Shown here: positions 40,255 to 53,113 of the stretch, one piece after another
How positions within the stretch are numbered: the stretch's first letter is position 1
How the letters are laid out: the number at the start of each line of letters is the position of its first letter
Source: Octopus sinensis
Taxonomy: Eukaryota
NCBI RefSeq assembly: GCF_006345805.1
Contig: NC_043012.1
Location: 43,772,001-43,836,000, forward strand
Length of the DNA: 64,000 nucleotides
Direction of reading: 5' to 3'
Position numbers and translations under genes: made by a program
Notes under the pieces: generated by a model
Databases searched by the model: none
What the model saw: the letters and a program-made list of their open reading frames with translations, nothing else
What the model was told of the DNA's origin: nothing

Positions 40255-42645
40255 TGCCCGTTCTCTCGGACAATTCTTGCCCTATTCACCCACTCACTTT
40301 TCAATAAAATTACTGAGAGGCAGCACTTTCTTCGCCACCCTCACCTTCCTTTTCATGTGAAACTTGAAAAAGTTGATGAGGGCTTAGCCAAAGAGAAAAG
40401 TATCTGTCTTCAGCCCTTTCAACCTAGTTCACCACGAAACCTCTTTCATTTAGGCCACCAGACAAATAAACATTGCCTGGCTTATCTAGCCAAGAGAAGG
40501 CGGCAGGACGTTCTTCATAATTGACTTAGCCGATAGCCGGATCCGTCCCACAAATCAGAAATGCTTGGGCGCTGGACGAGAGCGTGCAGAAAAGATTCGT
40601 CGCTCTGCGCACATCACGGACAAGCCCGGCTGACGATACATCCATGCTTGTAAAGTTTATCCCGGATCGGCAATATACCCCGGTAGCACTGCCAGGCTAA
40701 GGATTTCTGCGATTCATCCATGAGCCCCGACCTGAAAATTCTCTGAAACTGACTAGCTAGTTGATACTCGTCGACTCCAGAGTTTTCTCGAGAACCTCAC
40801 CGCACTTGCCCAACATTAACCCTCTATAGAATACGAAAGTGGATCTTCCACCGACTGAAAGAGGACTGTGAGCGTTTGACGACACTCCAGGTGCCAGTCG
40901 TTCTGCCTTGGTGTACTCTTAATCCAGAACTATAGTTTTCTCAAAGAAACGAGTTGTGTGAAAAACGAGTCTGACAAACAGCAACTTCCCCTGCTCATCG
41001 TCACGGAAGCGCTGGGGATGAAGCCTCAGCGAATGTCTGCACATCAGCAGACACGGTATGCCCAGTTCTCCGTTAAGCGATTGTAGACAACAAATGGAGA
41101 GTCTGACTAGTGAAATGCCTCTCCTCCATAGAAAGTGAAAGAGAATGCGCTCCGGATAGGTCAAACGTAGACTGCAAAGTACGACGGTTAGGTGATAATA
41201 TATAATGGAGGCAATGAATGCATTCGCCACCTCTGCCCAGCCTTTCAGAGACAGCTTTTTCTCTGCGCATTTCTGAGAGAGATTGGTTACCCTTCTTGTC
41301 ACATTGTTCTAGTTCTTTTTCACTTGGAGATCCAAATCAGACCCCGAGCAATTTAACAGGTCCCTCTGCCCAGCATCCCGCGACGTTATTGGACGACATA
41401 GAGCAGCTTCTCCTAATGCTGAGCTGCAGGCGCACTGACTTTTCTCAATTAATTTTTGTTCCTATCATCAACTCGTATTCTTTTAGAGCAGTACCAATCA
41501 TATCTGTGTCTGATGTTCGACTCTACGACTGTGGCGACGTCCGCATATGCCGACACGGTTTTTCCTTTGTTGCCTATTATGTGTTATTCACGTTCTAGTT
41601 CGCGTGGGACGCCTCTCATCGCCTCCAATTTCCGCAGTAGTTCTAGTACCAGGAAACACCCTTGACGGACCGAGCGCCTGATGCTGAATGGTTTCGATAA
41701 GTAACCATTCAACCGAGCTGCTGAGCTGATGTCGCTGTATACTGAAGCAATCCAACCACGAAAAACGGGACCGAAATTCTCAGTCGTGAGAACGGCCGCC
41801 AAGTATTGGTGATCGACCCTTTCAAAATCTCTTGATTGATTCAAATTGATCAGGACCCCATCCATACCTATTTCTTTACTACCCACAAGGGGCTAAACAC
41901 AGAGGGGACAAACAAGGGCAGACAAACAGATTAAGTCGATTACATCAACCCCAGTGCGTAACTGGTATTTAATTTATCGACCCCGAAAGGATGAAAGGTA
42001 AAGTCGACCTCGGCGGAATTTGAACTCAGGACGTAACGGCAGACGAAATACGGCTACGCATTTCGCCCGGCGTGCTAACGTTTCTGCCAGCTCGCCGCCT
42101 TATCCATACCACCTTCTTTATGCACACTGTCGATGATGTTTCGCATGAGGTGAAGGCTGCCATAGATAGATCTGCTTGAAATGACGCATGTTTGCGCATA
42201 AAAATTCGCTTCCTTGAAGACTAGTGGAAACCTCTTCGCTAACACCTTGGCCAAAACTTTGATATCTACGTTCAGCTTTTCTGTTTAATCCCTCTCGTTT
42301 AGGCTTTTCTTAGCAGTGCCACTGCTCCGCGACTCAGAGAACTAAGACTTGTCCCCTTATGTTGCCAGTTGCAGTAAATATCTGCCAAGAGACCGCCAAA
42401 CAAGACTGGCATATGAAAATGAAGCTCGTAGGGCAGACCATCCAAACCAGGCGATTTGCCCCCACCCCAATGTAGCACATCGCATCCCGTATTTCCGTGG
42501 TTAACATCAGCCTTTAGCAACATTTCGTCTCTCTTACCGAGATTCGTGACATGCCGTCGGTGTAGGCACTAAAGTCCATCCTGCGTTCCGGACTGCCATT
42601 CGTCCCAAACAGTTGAGCAAAGTGCTACTGAAATTCCGCACACAT
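40255..42645 (-). mobile_element. Tx1/L1-clade LINE ORF2 fragment (copy C), decayed
   Basis: GKSPGLDGLPYELH (42299..42523), DFERVDHQYL...RRSVRQGC (41584..41886), AFIASIIYYHL (40919..41302); interrupted by a SINE. Confidence 0.88.
41869..42101 (-). mobile_element. Full-length SINE family B (tail variant 2) with 9-bp TSD
   Basis: TSD atccatacc at 41860-41868 and 42102-42110; tRNA-like head ggcggcgagctggcagaaacgttagc...gagttcaaattcc. Confidence 0.92.
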
Positions 42646-43790
42646 AATGTTTTCTTTATTGGCCACAAGGGCCGAACACAAAACAAATAGGGACAATACA
42701 ACACGAGGAACAAGTGGGGGTTGGCTCAATGTCGAGTATAAAATAAATAACAATAACAATTAACAATAAAATTAAACAACAAAAATTCCCCAAAAGGTGG
42801 GGAGTTCTTCTCAAGAACAATCGAGGAATCCCACACATCCTGGTTTCCCCGAACGCCAGGGATAGCTCAGCAGGTGCCACTCTCCTGAATTCCTTCGGTT
42901 TACAAGCTTTGCTCAGAGTAGGCCCATTCACACAGGTCATTTTCACAACAGTCACCGACCTTTCAACAAAAATATTAGGGTGGCGTTGGGAATAGGCTAT
43001 ACTTCCCACTTCACCCTCACTTTCTTTCTCAGTTGGAACTTGAAAATGTCGATGAGGGCTTGGCCGAAGAGGAAAGTGTCTGTCTTCAGTCCTTTCAGTA
43101 TCGTTTACCACACTACCTTCTTCGCCACAGTCACCAGACACATGAAAACTGGTTTTCCTTCCCGGCCAAAAGAAAGCGGCGGGGCATTCATCACGATAAA
43201 CTCGGCTAATAATTGGATCTGTCCTGCACGCGTCAACACCTATTCGAGAAAGTTCCACAAGTCAGAAATGCCCGGACACTGGGTGAGTGATTGCAGGACG
43301 GTTTCGTTGCCCTGCGCACATCTCGGACAAGTCCGTCTGACAGCACTTCTGTATCGGTAGAGCTTTTCTCGAACCGACAGAGCTCCTTGGTAGCACCGCC
43401 AGGTTAGGGATTTCTCGAAATTATCCATAGGCCCCCGACCCGAAAGTCTTCCGGAAAAGACCAGGTAGTTGATATCTCGTGAGGCCCAGAGTTTCCCTGG
43501 GGATATCGTCGCTCTTGCTCGACACTAATCCTCTATAGAACTCCATTGTGGTGCTTCTACCGACTGCACTGCCCGGTTAGCAGAAGACTGTAAGCGCTTG
43601 CCGAAAATCCAGATAGTAAGTGCCCTTTTTCGGTCTACGCTTGATCCTGGACTGTAGTTCCGTCAGTGAGACGAGCTGTGAAAAATTGTCTGACAAACGG
43701 TGACCACACCCGCACACCGTTAAGAAAATACTGGAGATGTCGTAGCCTCAGCGCATGTCTGCACATCATTAGCCACGGTATGGAAAACAT
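42645..43790 (-). mobile_element. Tx1/L1-clade LINE 3' fragment (copy B) with 3' UTR
   Basis: SLTWRCYQGALSVREKL...TCPRCAQGNETVLQSLTQCP; 3' end ...gtgttcggcccttgtggccaataaagaaaa. Confidence 0.85.
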
Positions 43791-43799
43791 TAAAATCCA

Positions 43800-46700
43800 A
43801 CGACATAAAAGACAAAAACAGGCCGATGCAATGGGTTTTACCGTGTGTACACAATATAATAACAATAAAAATTAAACAAATTAAAACTCCCAATAGGGGA
43901 GGCGCTTTAAGGTCCTCGTGGAAAAACCGACAAAAGCCACGGGTGCCTAAACAAAGGGCAAGATCCCTTCTTTTTTTTACAGGTGCACGCTCAGAATTGG
44001 TCCTTTCACACTGGTCATTTTTTCAACATTCACCCATGTTTCAACAAACTTTCTGCAAGGCAACACTCCCCTCTCCACCCTCAACTTCCTTTTCGAGTGA
44101 AACTTGAAAAAGTTGATGAAGGCTTGGCCAAAGAGGAAAGTGCCTGACGTTAGCCCTTTCAAACGGGTCCATCAAACTACCTCTTTCGCTACAGCCACTA
44201 GACAAATAAAAATTGTTTCCCCTCCCAGCCAAAAGAGGGCGGCGGGGCAATCCTTACAATTGATTCAGCTAATAGCCGGATCCGTCTTACACGCGACAAC
44301 AGGTGTGCAACATAAATCCAAAGGTCAGCAATACTCGGGCACTGGACTAGGGCGTGCAGAACGGTTTCATCGTGCCTGTAAATTTTATGCCGAACAGGCA
44401 GTGCCCCTGGAAGTTATCCACAAGCCCAGGCCCAAAAGTTCTCCGAAACAGACCGTTTAGTTGATCTTCATCGACGCCCATTTATATCCCCAAGAACGTC
44501 GTCGCACTTTCCATCCACTAGCCCTCTATAGAACGTTAGAGTGGAACTACCACCGACCGCATTGCCCACCTGGCGGAGAGCTGTGAGCACTTGACGGCAC
44601 TCGAAGTACCAAGCACCCTTCCTCGGTCTACGTTTGATCGAGGATTGCAGTACAGTAAAAGAGACGAGCTGTAGAAAAGTGTCTCTTACAAACGGTGACC
44701 ATACTTGCTCACCGTCAAGGAAACGCTGGAGATACGGCAACCTCAGCGTATGTCTGCGCATCAGCAACCACGGCATGCTGTTAACAGCAGATAGAGCGCC
44801 TGACCAATGGAACGCGTCCCTTCTGCAGAAAGTGGAAGAGTAAGCACACCAGATTGGTCAAAAAGTAAACAGGGCAAGGGACGGCAGTCAAGCGATGTAC
44901 GATGGCTTGACACTATGACGGTGACATCATCAGCGTTGGCAGACACACTTCTCCCACATCCTAGATAACGCGGGACACCCCACAAAGCCTCCAGCTTTCG
45001 CAGTAATAGCTCAAGAGTCAGTACATACAGAAGGGAGGAGAGAAGGCACCCTACTCTTGACGGACCGAATGCAAGATGCTGAATGGCTCCAACAGGTGAC
45101 CATTCACCCGAACAACCGAGCAGATGCTACTGTACAAAGCAGCGATCCAACCGCGGAAAACTGGACCGGAACAGGCTGCCCTGAGGACAGCTGCATTGAT
45201 GGTCGACCTTCTCTATGATGTAGTGCATAAGATGGAGGTTATCATGAATACTGCTGATTGGGATGGCGCATGTCCACGACAAGCGCCAACCACTTGGCTA
45301 ACACCTTGGCCAATATCTTCAACTCTGCACTGAGCAGAGTTATGGACCTGAAATTCCCTATAACGTCCCCCTTGTCTGGGTCATTTCCCAGCAGTGCTAC
45401 CGCCCCTCTACAAACTTTTCATCGCTTCCTGTATTCCCGCGGCTGTTATTGGCCTTTCGCAGCATTCCGCCTCGCTCGCCGAGAGTCGTGGAAGGATGTC
45501 CAGGTAGACACCGAAGTCTGCTCTGTTTTCAGTCCTACCATTCGCCCCAAACAGTCGAGCAATGTGCCGCTGAGAAGCCGCATACATCTGTTTCGGCTCA
45601 AACATCACGAATCCGCTCTGATCCACCAAAGACCGAATGGTGACTTTATTGCCACTTTTCGCCTCCGCCACGCGGGTCCATCGTGACGCTTTCTTTCTCT
45701 CCCCGCTTAGTGAACGTGCCTTAGCTCTGATAACGTAGCCTTTCTAACTAAATCTCCCGCTATTCTATTTCTTTCTATCGCTAATGCCTTGCTAAACCTA
45801 ATCGAATCTACTCTAATTGACCTTTTAAGAGCAAACCACCAGTTGTTGTTGACGATTGCGCCTGTCAACACCCGCTTAATTAATTCTTTAATCCGGTCTC
45901 TGTAAGCTTTACACGCCGGTAACGACATGTTCAGCTTTCAGTAACTGGGACCCTGTCTCTGAAGCCTATCTAAGTCGACTGTACAGATCACATATTTGTG
46001 GTCTGTGTAGCCGATCATGTGAAATTGTGGACACCCTCTGCTATCCTTATCCGCTGGCCTACAAAATTCTCTCCCTAGATACAATCTCGATGACCCGATG
46101 CGGTTTGTCCAAGTCCACATTTAGGCCTTTCGCAGCACTCCAATCTCTTCTTACCTTCTGGATCCAGGAAGACTGCCTTTATTTTCAAATCCAGACTCTT
46201 CCGGAAAAGCACCACAGTATCACCACTTCCCCCTCCCGGCCGACACGGAGATAGGTAGATCTCGTATCCACCGAAAAAGGTGACGAGGTTCCGTGGGTCG
46301 TATAGTCTGGATTCATTAATGGCTGCAACATCTATACTAAGGGACCTTATGTCATTTAAAAGGTGACCTTGTTTCCAAAACGACCCGAGGCCCCTGACAT
46401 TTACACAACCTATTCTGAGCATCACCATTATAAAATACATTCAGAGAAGAGCTCTCTTATCATTGTTGTCTGGCATTGTTGTTCCCCTGGTCTTTGTTGT
46501 GGGCGTTTCCACGAGGTTTTTGTAGTCTTTTCGAAAAAAGTTTTCTGAAAAGACCCAGCAGCAGCATTAGGAAAGTTAATTTTAATGCGTTGTAGGTGTC
46601 ATGTTTTAATTTCAAAATGTGTATGTGTGGTGGTGGTGGTGGTGCATTGTGCGTTGGAAAGACAAAGTTTTCCATTGAGGTGTCTGTGTGTTGTCTGATA

Positions 46701-48396
46701 TATTTAACAAGGTCTGTTTTGTCGATGACGATGGCTGTGAGATTGGGGGCGTTTGTGCAGTCAGTTTGTGTTGGTGTTTGAGGTGGTAGTGCTGGTGGTG
46801 GTATTGTTGATTGCTGTGTGTGTGCATTGGTGCCGTTGGGAATTTCCTTCTATTTGCGCCTATCCCTCTTTTCTTCTACTGTCTTTTTCCCCCTTTTTTA
46901 GGGGGAACTGTTTGCCACTCCGCCTTCTCGACCTCCCTCAATATTCAAACAGTCCGAGTTGTTTTGATCAAGAAGGTGAATATTTTCTGGCGGATATTCT
47001 TTTTTTTTGGGGGGGGTATTAGCTGTTTCTGGTGGCGAGTGCTGTACTCCGACTGGTGTTGGTGGTGCTTCGGCTGGTGTTGGTGGTACTCTGATTAGTA
47101 GTGGTACTCCGGCTGGTGGTAGTACTCCGACTGGTGGTGGTGGTACTCCGTTCGGTGTTGTTGGTGTTGCCCTGGCGACTGCTGGAGGCGGCGTCACTGT
47201 TGCTGGTGCTGAAGGGGTTGCTTTCAGCTGCTGCTGCACTTGAGCTTCTGCTGTCGCTGGCAGCTTCTGTCTCGTCTCTTTGTATTTGGGGCAGTCGACC
47301 TTGAGGTGCTAATCACTCCCACAAAAGTAGCACCTCGCCCACCTTCCCTCCACGGCTACGTGTAGTCTTGTGCCGTCTGGTAAGTTTATGGCGTCAGGGA
47401 TAGAATTTATGGCCTCTTGTTCAATTTGAACAAGAAGCTCTAATCCCTGACATGTCCAATTTTGTTGATGCAATTTATGCACCTCCGGTATTCTGGCGTT
47501 ATCCTCTATATCATAGAGGACAGCCGCCACCAGTCAGCATATATTTATTTGGTGGGGGGGGGGCACCTCTCCAATTTTAATTTTGATGACGCGCCGACCT
47601 AGTTATGTCGGCATGAGGAGGAATTCCTGTTTTTTAGTGGCACTGTGGAAAGCTGTCTTGTTTCTCCTACCGTTGCGAAGCGTAGTTCCACAGTGCCGAA
47701 ACGTGTTCCTCGCGTCACATAGGTTTTACTCGTCGATATAGATCTCAACGCAATTTCTAGTTGCTCTTTCTACTCTTTTCTTTTTTAATATCCAATGATC
47801 TATAGATTGCTGTTTTCTCCTTTATCAGTATTTCTTTTTATCAGTTGTTGTGGTGTGTTAAGGAAAATATTATTTTCTTCCTTCCTCAACAAACCCTTTA
47901 CATTTTTTTAACTCGTTAATAATTAAATGAATTAACCCTCTCAATTGTCTCGCCGCCGGGGCGAAACCGTTGTCGCTTGGTTTGTCATTGCTTTTCTTGT
48001 TTGATTCTTCCTTTTCGTTTGTGTTTACTGTGTTCATGTCGGTGGTGACGTTGGCGGTGTTTTCTTCGTTTACTTTTTCCTTTTCCATGTTAGCGTTGGT
48101 ACTGTTAGTTATGTTCGTACTTGCCCTGTTCAGAGGGGGGAGGATCCTGTCTGTATTGGTCGACAGAGGAAGCCATCTTGTTTTTTCGTTAGAGGTAAAA
48201 AACAATATTTTTTAAAGGACCAAAAAGTCCAAAATTCGCCCCTAAAAGGGGGAACCTTCAACAAAAGAACCCCATCTGCACGCCAAAATGGGGTCGGAAA
48301 ACAAAAAACAAACAAACAAAACAGTCAAGAAACTTGAAAAAATCACAACAAAATCCAAACTCACGGAGCGCTGAATACACACGTCTTCACTCGCCG
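43800..48396 (-). mobile_element. Near full-length decayed Tx1/L1-clade LINE (copy A): 5' UTR, ORF1 with CCHC knuckle, ORF2 with APE and RT
   Basis: 5' end ggcgagtgaagacgtgtg at ~48396; ORF1 RCYFCGSD*HLKVDCP and a Pro/Thr-rich tract; APE start LRIGCVNVRGL...DVAAINES (46075..46440), YTDHKYV; RT SANADDVTV; many stops and internal deletions. Confidence 0.9.
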
Positions 48397-49786
48397 ACAA
48401 TAATAATGATAATAATATGCAAATACATTACATTGTAAAACACACATAAGCACCGATATAAAAGCATAAACACAAAGGTATTTCAATGCATTCAGTTTTG
48501 CATATACTTATAAACAAAAGATAACTCAATTCGCCCTCTGCCTCCTTTTCGTAGTCATATGTTTATATGTACGCATTTATATCTCTGTTCAATCAAAATG
48601 TGTAATATTTATAGAGTACGATATACGAGCACCCATGCAGATATTCCGTCTCTCAGTTTACCATTGTCTCATATACTCAAAATAACAGATTCGCTGAAAA
48701 TATAATTCTATTTATTGATAAATAGGAGGTGAATGCATCAAAGAATAGTATAATACATTGAATCTATTCGATATAATAACAGTATAGTTTTATATTCTAG
48801 TTTAAATCCCCATAGTGAGTGATAATGCAGCAAATACTTTAGTCCTGCTTTCTGCTGCCTCCGTATAATTTATCACCATTGCCCTACTAAGAAACCATCT
48901 ACAAAGATACAATCGTATTATTATTTTTTTTGTTTTTGCTCTTTCATTATTTGTCAACTCTGTAGACAGATAATGGAATCAGACTGCACACCATTTTCCG
49001 ATTATTTTTTTTCTCTCATTTGTTACTATGTGTTACTAAGTATAGAGCTAGGGGAATGAATACTTTATGAAGGTAATCCACAGTGATATATTGTACGAAA
49101 CCGTCGTTCTTTATCCAGGTGACTGGTATCGCGTATATTTAAAAGCTTTTATGGATACTTAAACTCAAATGTGAATTTATGTCTTAGTCTGTAAGTACAT
49201 ATTTAACAGTATTCAAACTCGAACACTCACCGTATAACTGTATAACTGATGTCTAAATATCTATCTGTAGTTCAAGGCTGAAGAAAGATTACCCTGGAGG
49301 GAGGTTCCATTCAAATGTAATTTTTCTTGAATTATTAAGCGAAAGTAAACTCTTCGGCATGAGATTAAGCAATATATCTTCACTAATATTATGAATTTCC
49401 TGCAATTATTTGGTAAGCATATCAACATTAGAAATTTACTGTATAGTACTAGAGAACAAGAAACAATTTTACTATTTGAAAATCTTTAAAAAAATGTGGT
49501 GGGTTGACATCTTTAGTTTGTTCGATAGAACCTTTTGTATATCCGGGACGATACTTATTCATGGTTAGTGTTAATCCGACGTCAGTTTGTTTCCAGAACA
49601 ACTCGTGTGCTAATTATTTATATTCAGTGCCTTTTTCGTTTGAATTAGGTCACGTATATTTAGCATCCTATTTACATTATCAATCTATCCCTCTATCTAT
49701 CTCCTAAATAATGCATATACATATATTTACTTCATAGTCATATTCGCAGAGACAAATAAACAAATATGCATAATATGATAATATGA

Positions 49787-49838
<52 letters not shown>

Positions 49839-49899
49839 GTGTGTAACATTCTTTTAAATCGCCAATCAATATACAAACATCAAAAGAGTGAAAATGTGA

Positions 49900-50230
49900 A
49901 ACACTTGTGTTCTTTCTGAATACATTAGGACTAACAACATAACGACAACACCAGAAATGAACAGAAATGGTATAACAACAACACTGGCAGACACGAAAAC
50001 AACCAACTTAACTAACCTCACATTAGAAGCCAATGAGAGAGCTTTCGGTTTGTCACTCAACCTGCCAAAATAGCAGCAAAATCTCCTTCAGACGACATCG
50101 TAGCATCCTTAAATAGAAAAGATCCTCTGAAAACGTGGTCCATGTCATACAAAAAGTTAGGATTGTCATGGCTAGAACACATTTGATCATAGTTTGGCTC
50201 CATCCGGGTTGACCTACCGATAAACAACTG
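49900..50230 (+). pseudogene. Possible Penelope ORF N-terminal remnant
   Basis: LTNLTLEANERAFGLSLNLPK resembles the NLS..LT..E..L..GL.F motif; weak match. Confidence 0.35.
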
Positions 50231-50963
50231 ACATAATAAACTCACCCATTACTTGCGAATATTGCAAGAATTAAGTTAATATGGAGATGTACTTGCATAG
50301 CAAGTGATTTGATCTGAGATCGTGTGCTGGAACGAAAACAATTGCAGCGTGGAAGGTGTTTGTAAGCCATTTAAGAAACACACAAAAGCCGTTCGATTCA
50401 CTTCAACATTTAAGTTTAATTTGTCAAAATATTTTCGTCTGACAAAAATCCGTGCTGCATCTCTAAGTTAATATGTTTTAGAATAATTAGATGGAAATGA
50501 TGCTACTTATAAGGAATGTATAGTGAAAGTAACGTTTTAAATGTATGACCACTATAATGTCAGATATAAAGCCAAAAAACTGTTCAGATTGAATAAATCC
50601 TTAGATATATGAATTTTATGAATTTTATGCATCTTTAGATATATGAAATATTTGCTTTCGCTCTAAAGTTCATCGGTGAGAGTACCGTAGGGTCAACAGA
50701 ATCTAGAATTTCTAAGGAATATGGTAATTCTAGCCGTGGGCTATTCGCAAAATAGGTTTTGAGTTAAATGTATTTCACTTGTCTTAACTAAGACTATGTT
50801 ATTATTGTAGGTGGGGACAAGTGAAAGTCAAAGAGAATTACACAAGGTTGTGTGAAGATTATGCATTGGCACCGAAGGATTCGAGTGAATCTGCAAGAGA
50901 AACCATGTGAACACTGAAGTTAAATAAATGAGAGGCAGAGATTATCAAATGATTATGTATACC

Positions 50964-51972
50964 ACGATGGGTGTATGAAAAGTTTTGTGCCTAACCTAGA
51001 AATGGGGCTGCTAGATAGCGGAAACTATTTTTTCTGGTAAGTACAGTCTTTTCAGAGTATTCTTGTTCATTTTCATGATTTTGATATTTTTATTTATTTT
51101 TTTTTGTTGCAGATTTTTGAATAAACAAGTGTCGAGGTTACAAGGAAAATGGAGAAAACTGAGTATCATGCTGTCATAAAGTACTTTCATTTGAAAGGCA
51201 TGACTCCATCAGAAATCCATGTAGATATGGTGAGAACCTTAGCAGACAATGCTCCTTTATATGCAACAGTCAAACGCTGGGTAAATGAATTCAAGCGTAG
51301 TAGGGAGAGTGTGGAATATGATCACAGACCAGGGTGACCTCCAACTGCAACCACCAAGGACAACCTTGACCTTGCTCTTGGTATGATAATGCAAGATCGC
51401 CGAATATCATGTCATCAGATAGCCGAGAGACTGGGTATCTCAACTGAAAGAGCAGGCAACATTATAACAAAAGAACTTGGGTTCTCAAAGGTTTCCGCAA
51501 GGTAGGTCCCTCACCTTTTGACTCCTGAACAGAAACGAAGCAGGTGCATTTTGTCCATGTGCAATCTAGAACTGTTTGAAGCTGATGAAGAGAATTTTCT
51601 TGCTCATTTCATTACTATGGACGAAAGATGAGTTCATCACTACCATCCTGAAACCAAAGAGCAATCAAAGTAGTGGAAGTACCCGTCTTCTACCCCAAAG
51701 AAGGCCAGGGTCATTCCTTCAGATGGCAAGGTCGTGGGTCCCTTTTTGAGATTCTAAAGGCGTGTTGCTGATCTATTTCCTTGAAAAGGGTCACACCATG
51801 ACAAGGCTGTATTATTCTCAGCTACTGAAATGCCTCTGAGAAGCAATCAAAGAAAAACAGCCGGGAATGCTCACGAGAGGAGCCCTTTTTCATCAACGGA
51901 AGTGCTAAAAGACATCACTTCACAAGAGTTCCAGCACTGCTTCGAATGATGGAAAACGCGCCTGGACCGTAC
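50964..51972 (+). mobile_element. mariner transposon, 3'-truncated with internal deletion
   Basis: MEKTEYHAVIKYFHLKG...TVKRWVNEFKRSRES (51149..51337), VSAR*VPHLLT, FITMDER*VHHY; the right TIR was not found. Confidence 0.88.
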
Positions 51973-52032
51973 GTACATACATACATACATACATACATAC
52001 ATACATACATACATACATACATACATACATAC

Positions 52033-53105
52033 ATACATACATACATTCATTCATATGGAGAAGACTATGCATGGATATGTTAGCAGAGCGCTCCGAGATC
52101 AACAAAGTAGTATATCATAGACCAATAGCAGGATTACTTCCGCCCACTTTGAAGGGTATGTGTTTGCAATCTAGGAACAGAATAGAAATGGAGGGAAAAC
52201 AGTAAAATGTGACAGCCAATGCAGACTTTGTGGAGTTAACACGGAAGACATCACCCACATGATAAGCAGCTGTCCGAAAATGTCATCACGGTATAATACA
52301 CTGATGAGACATGATGTTGTAGCTAGGACACACTACAATGAAATCCGCCGGAAGTTTAACACCGAGGATAAAGAAATAAGATCCCACAGTATGGTAGAAG
52401 CCACAACCACTCATAATAAAAAGAAGTACTGATGGAATGTCCCAGTGAAAACCTCAATAGAATGTAAGCACAAGAGCCTGATATAATGATTTGGGAAACT
52501 GTGCACAATTGTAGAAATTAGCTGTCCAACTGATGTTAACATAAAGTTGAAAATCAGTGAAAAAGTGGATATCTACGCTGAACTGTTGAGAAATCTACAG
52601 TTACTCTATCCAGATTACAAGTTCAGGTTTGTACCTGTAATTATTGAAGCCCTGTGATATGTAACGCACTGCCTAAATACCGATCTTGAGAAATTAGGCT
52701 TCTCAAAACCAGAAAGGAGAACGCTAATTCGAAGACTACAGATCACCTCTTTCACTGGAACTGTAAAAATCTGTAAAATCTATAAAATTTAAATACATAT
52801 GAGCATGTCAAGATATGCAACTATATGCATGAGAATACATCAATAAAACAAAACATACAAATCTGCACATACCTACATACATACATACATACATACATAC
52901 ATACATACATACATACATACATACATACATACATACATACAACATACATACATACAAACATACATACAAAAATACCCTGTTGTTGATGTTGAAATTCTGA
53001 CGAAGGAGTTTTGGATCCAGTTTAGAAAACGTTTTTTTTTTCTATTGGCAAGAGATAAAACTTAATAATGACATACATGTGTACATATAAAACTGAATAA
53101 TGACA
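52033..53105 (+). mobile_element. R4/Dong-like LINE 3' fragment (CCHC finger and restriction-like endonuclease)
   Basis: CRLCGVNTEDITHMISSCPK...RHDVVA...WNVPV...IVEISCP...EKVDIYAELL...FVPVIIEAL; 3' UTR with internal (TACA)n. Confidence 0.85.
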
Positions 53106-53113
53106 TATATACA

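Noticed and set aside
46898-47243. Pro/Thr- or Gly/Val-rich ORFs resembling a mucin or structural protein
   Set aside because: This is the low-complexity part of LINE ORF1, following the CCHC knuckle.
52995-53035. CTGACGA...GAAA in the Dong 3' UTR
   Set aside because: No supporting stems.
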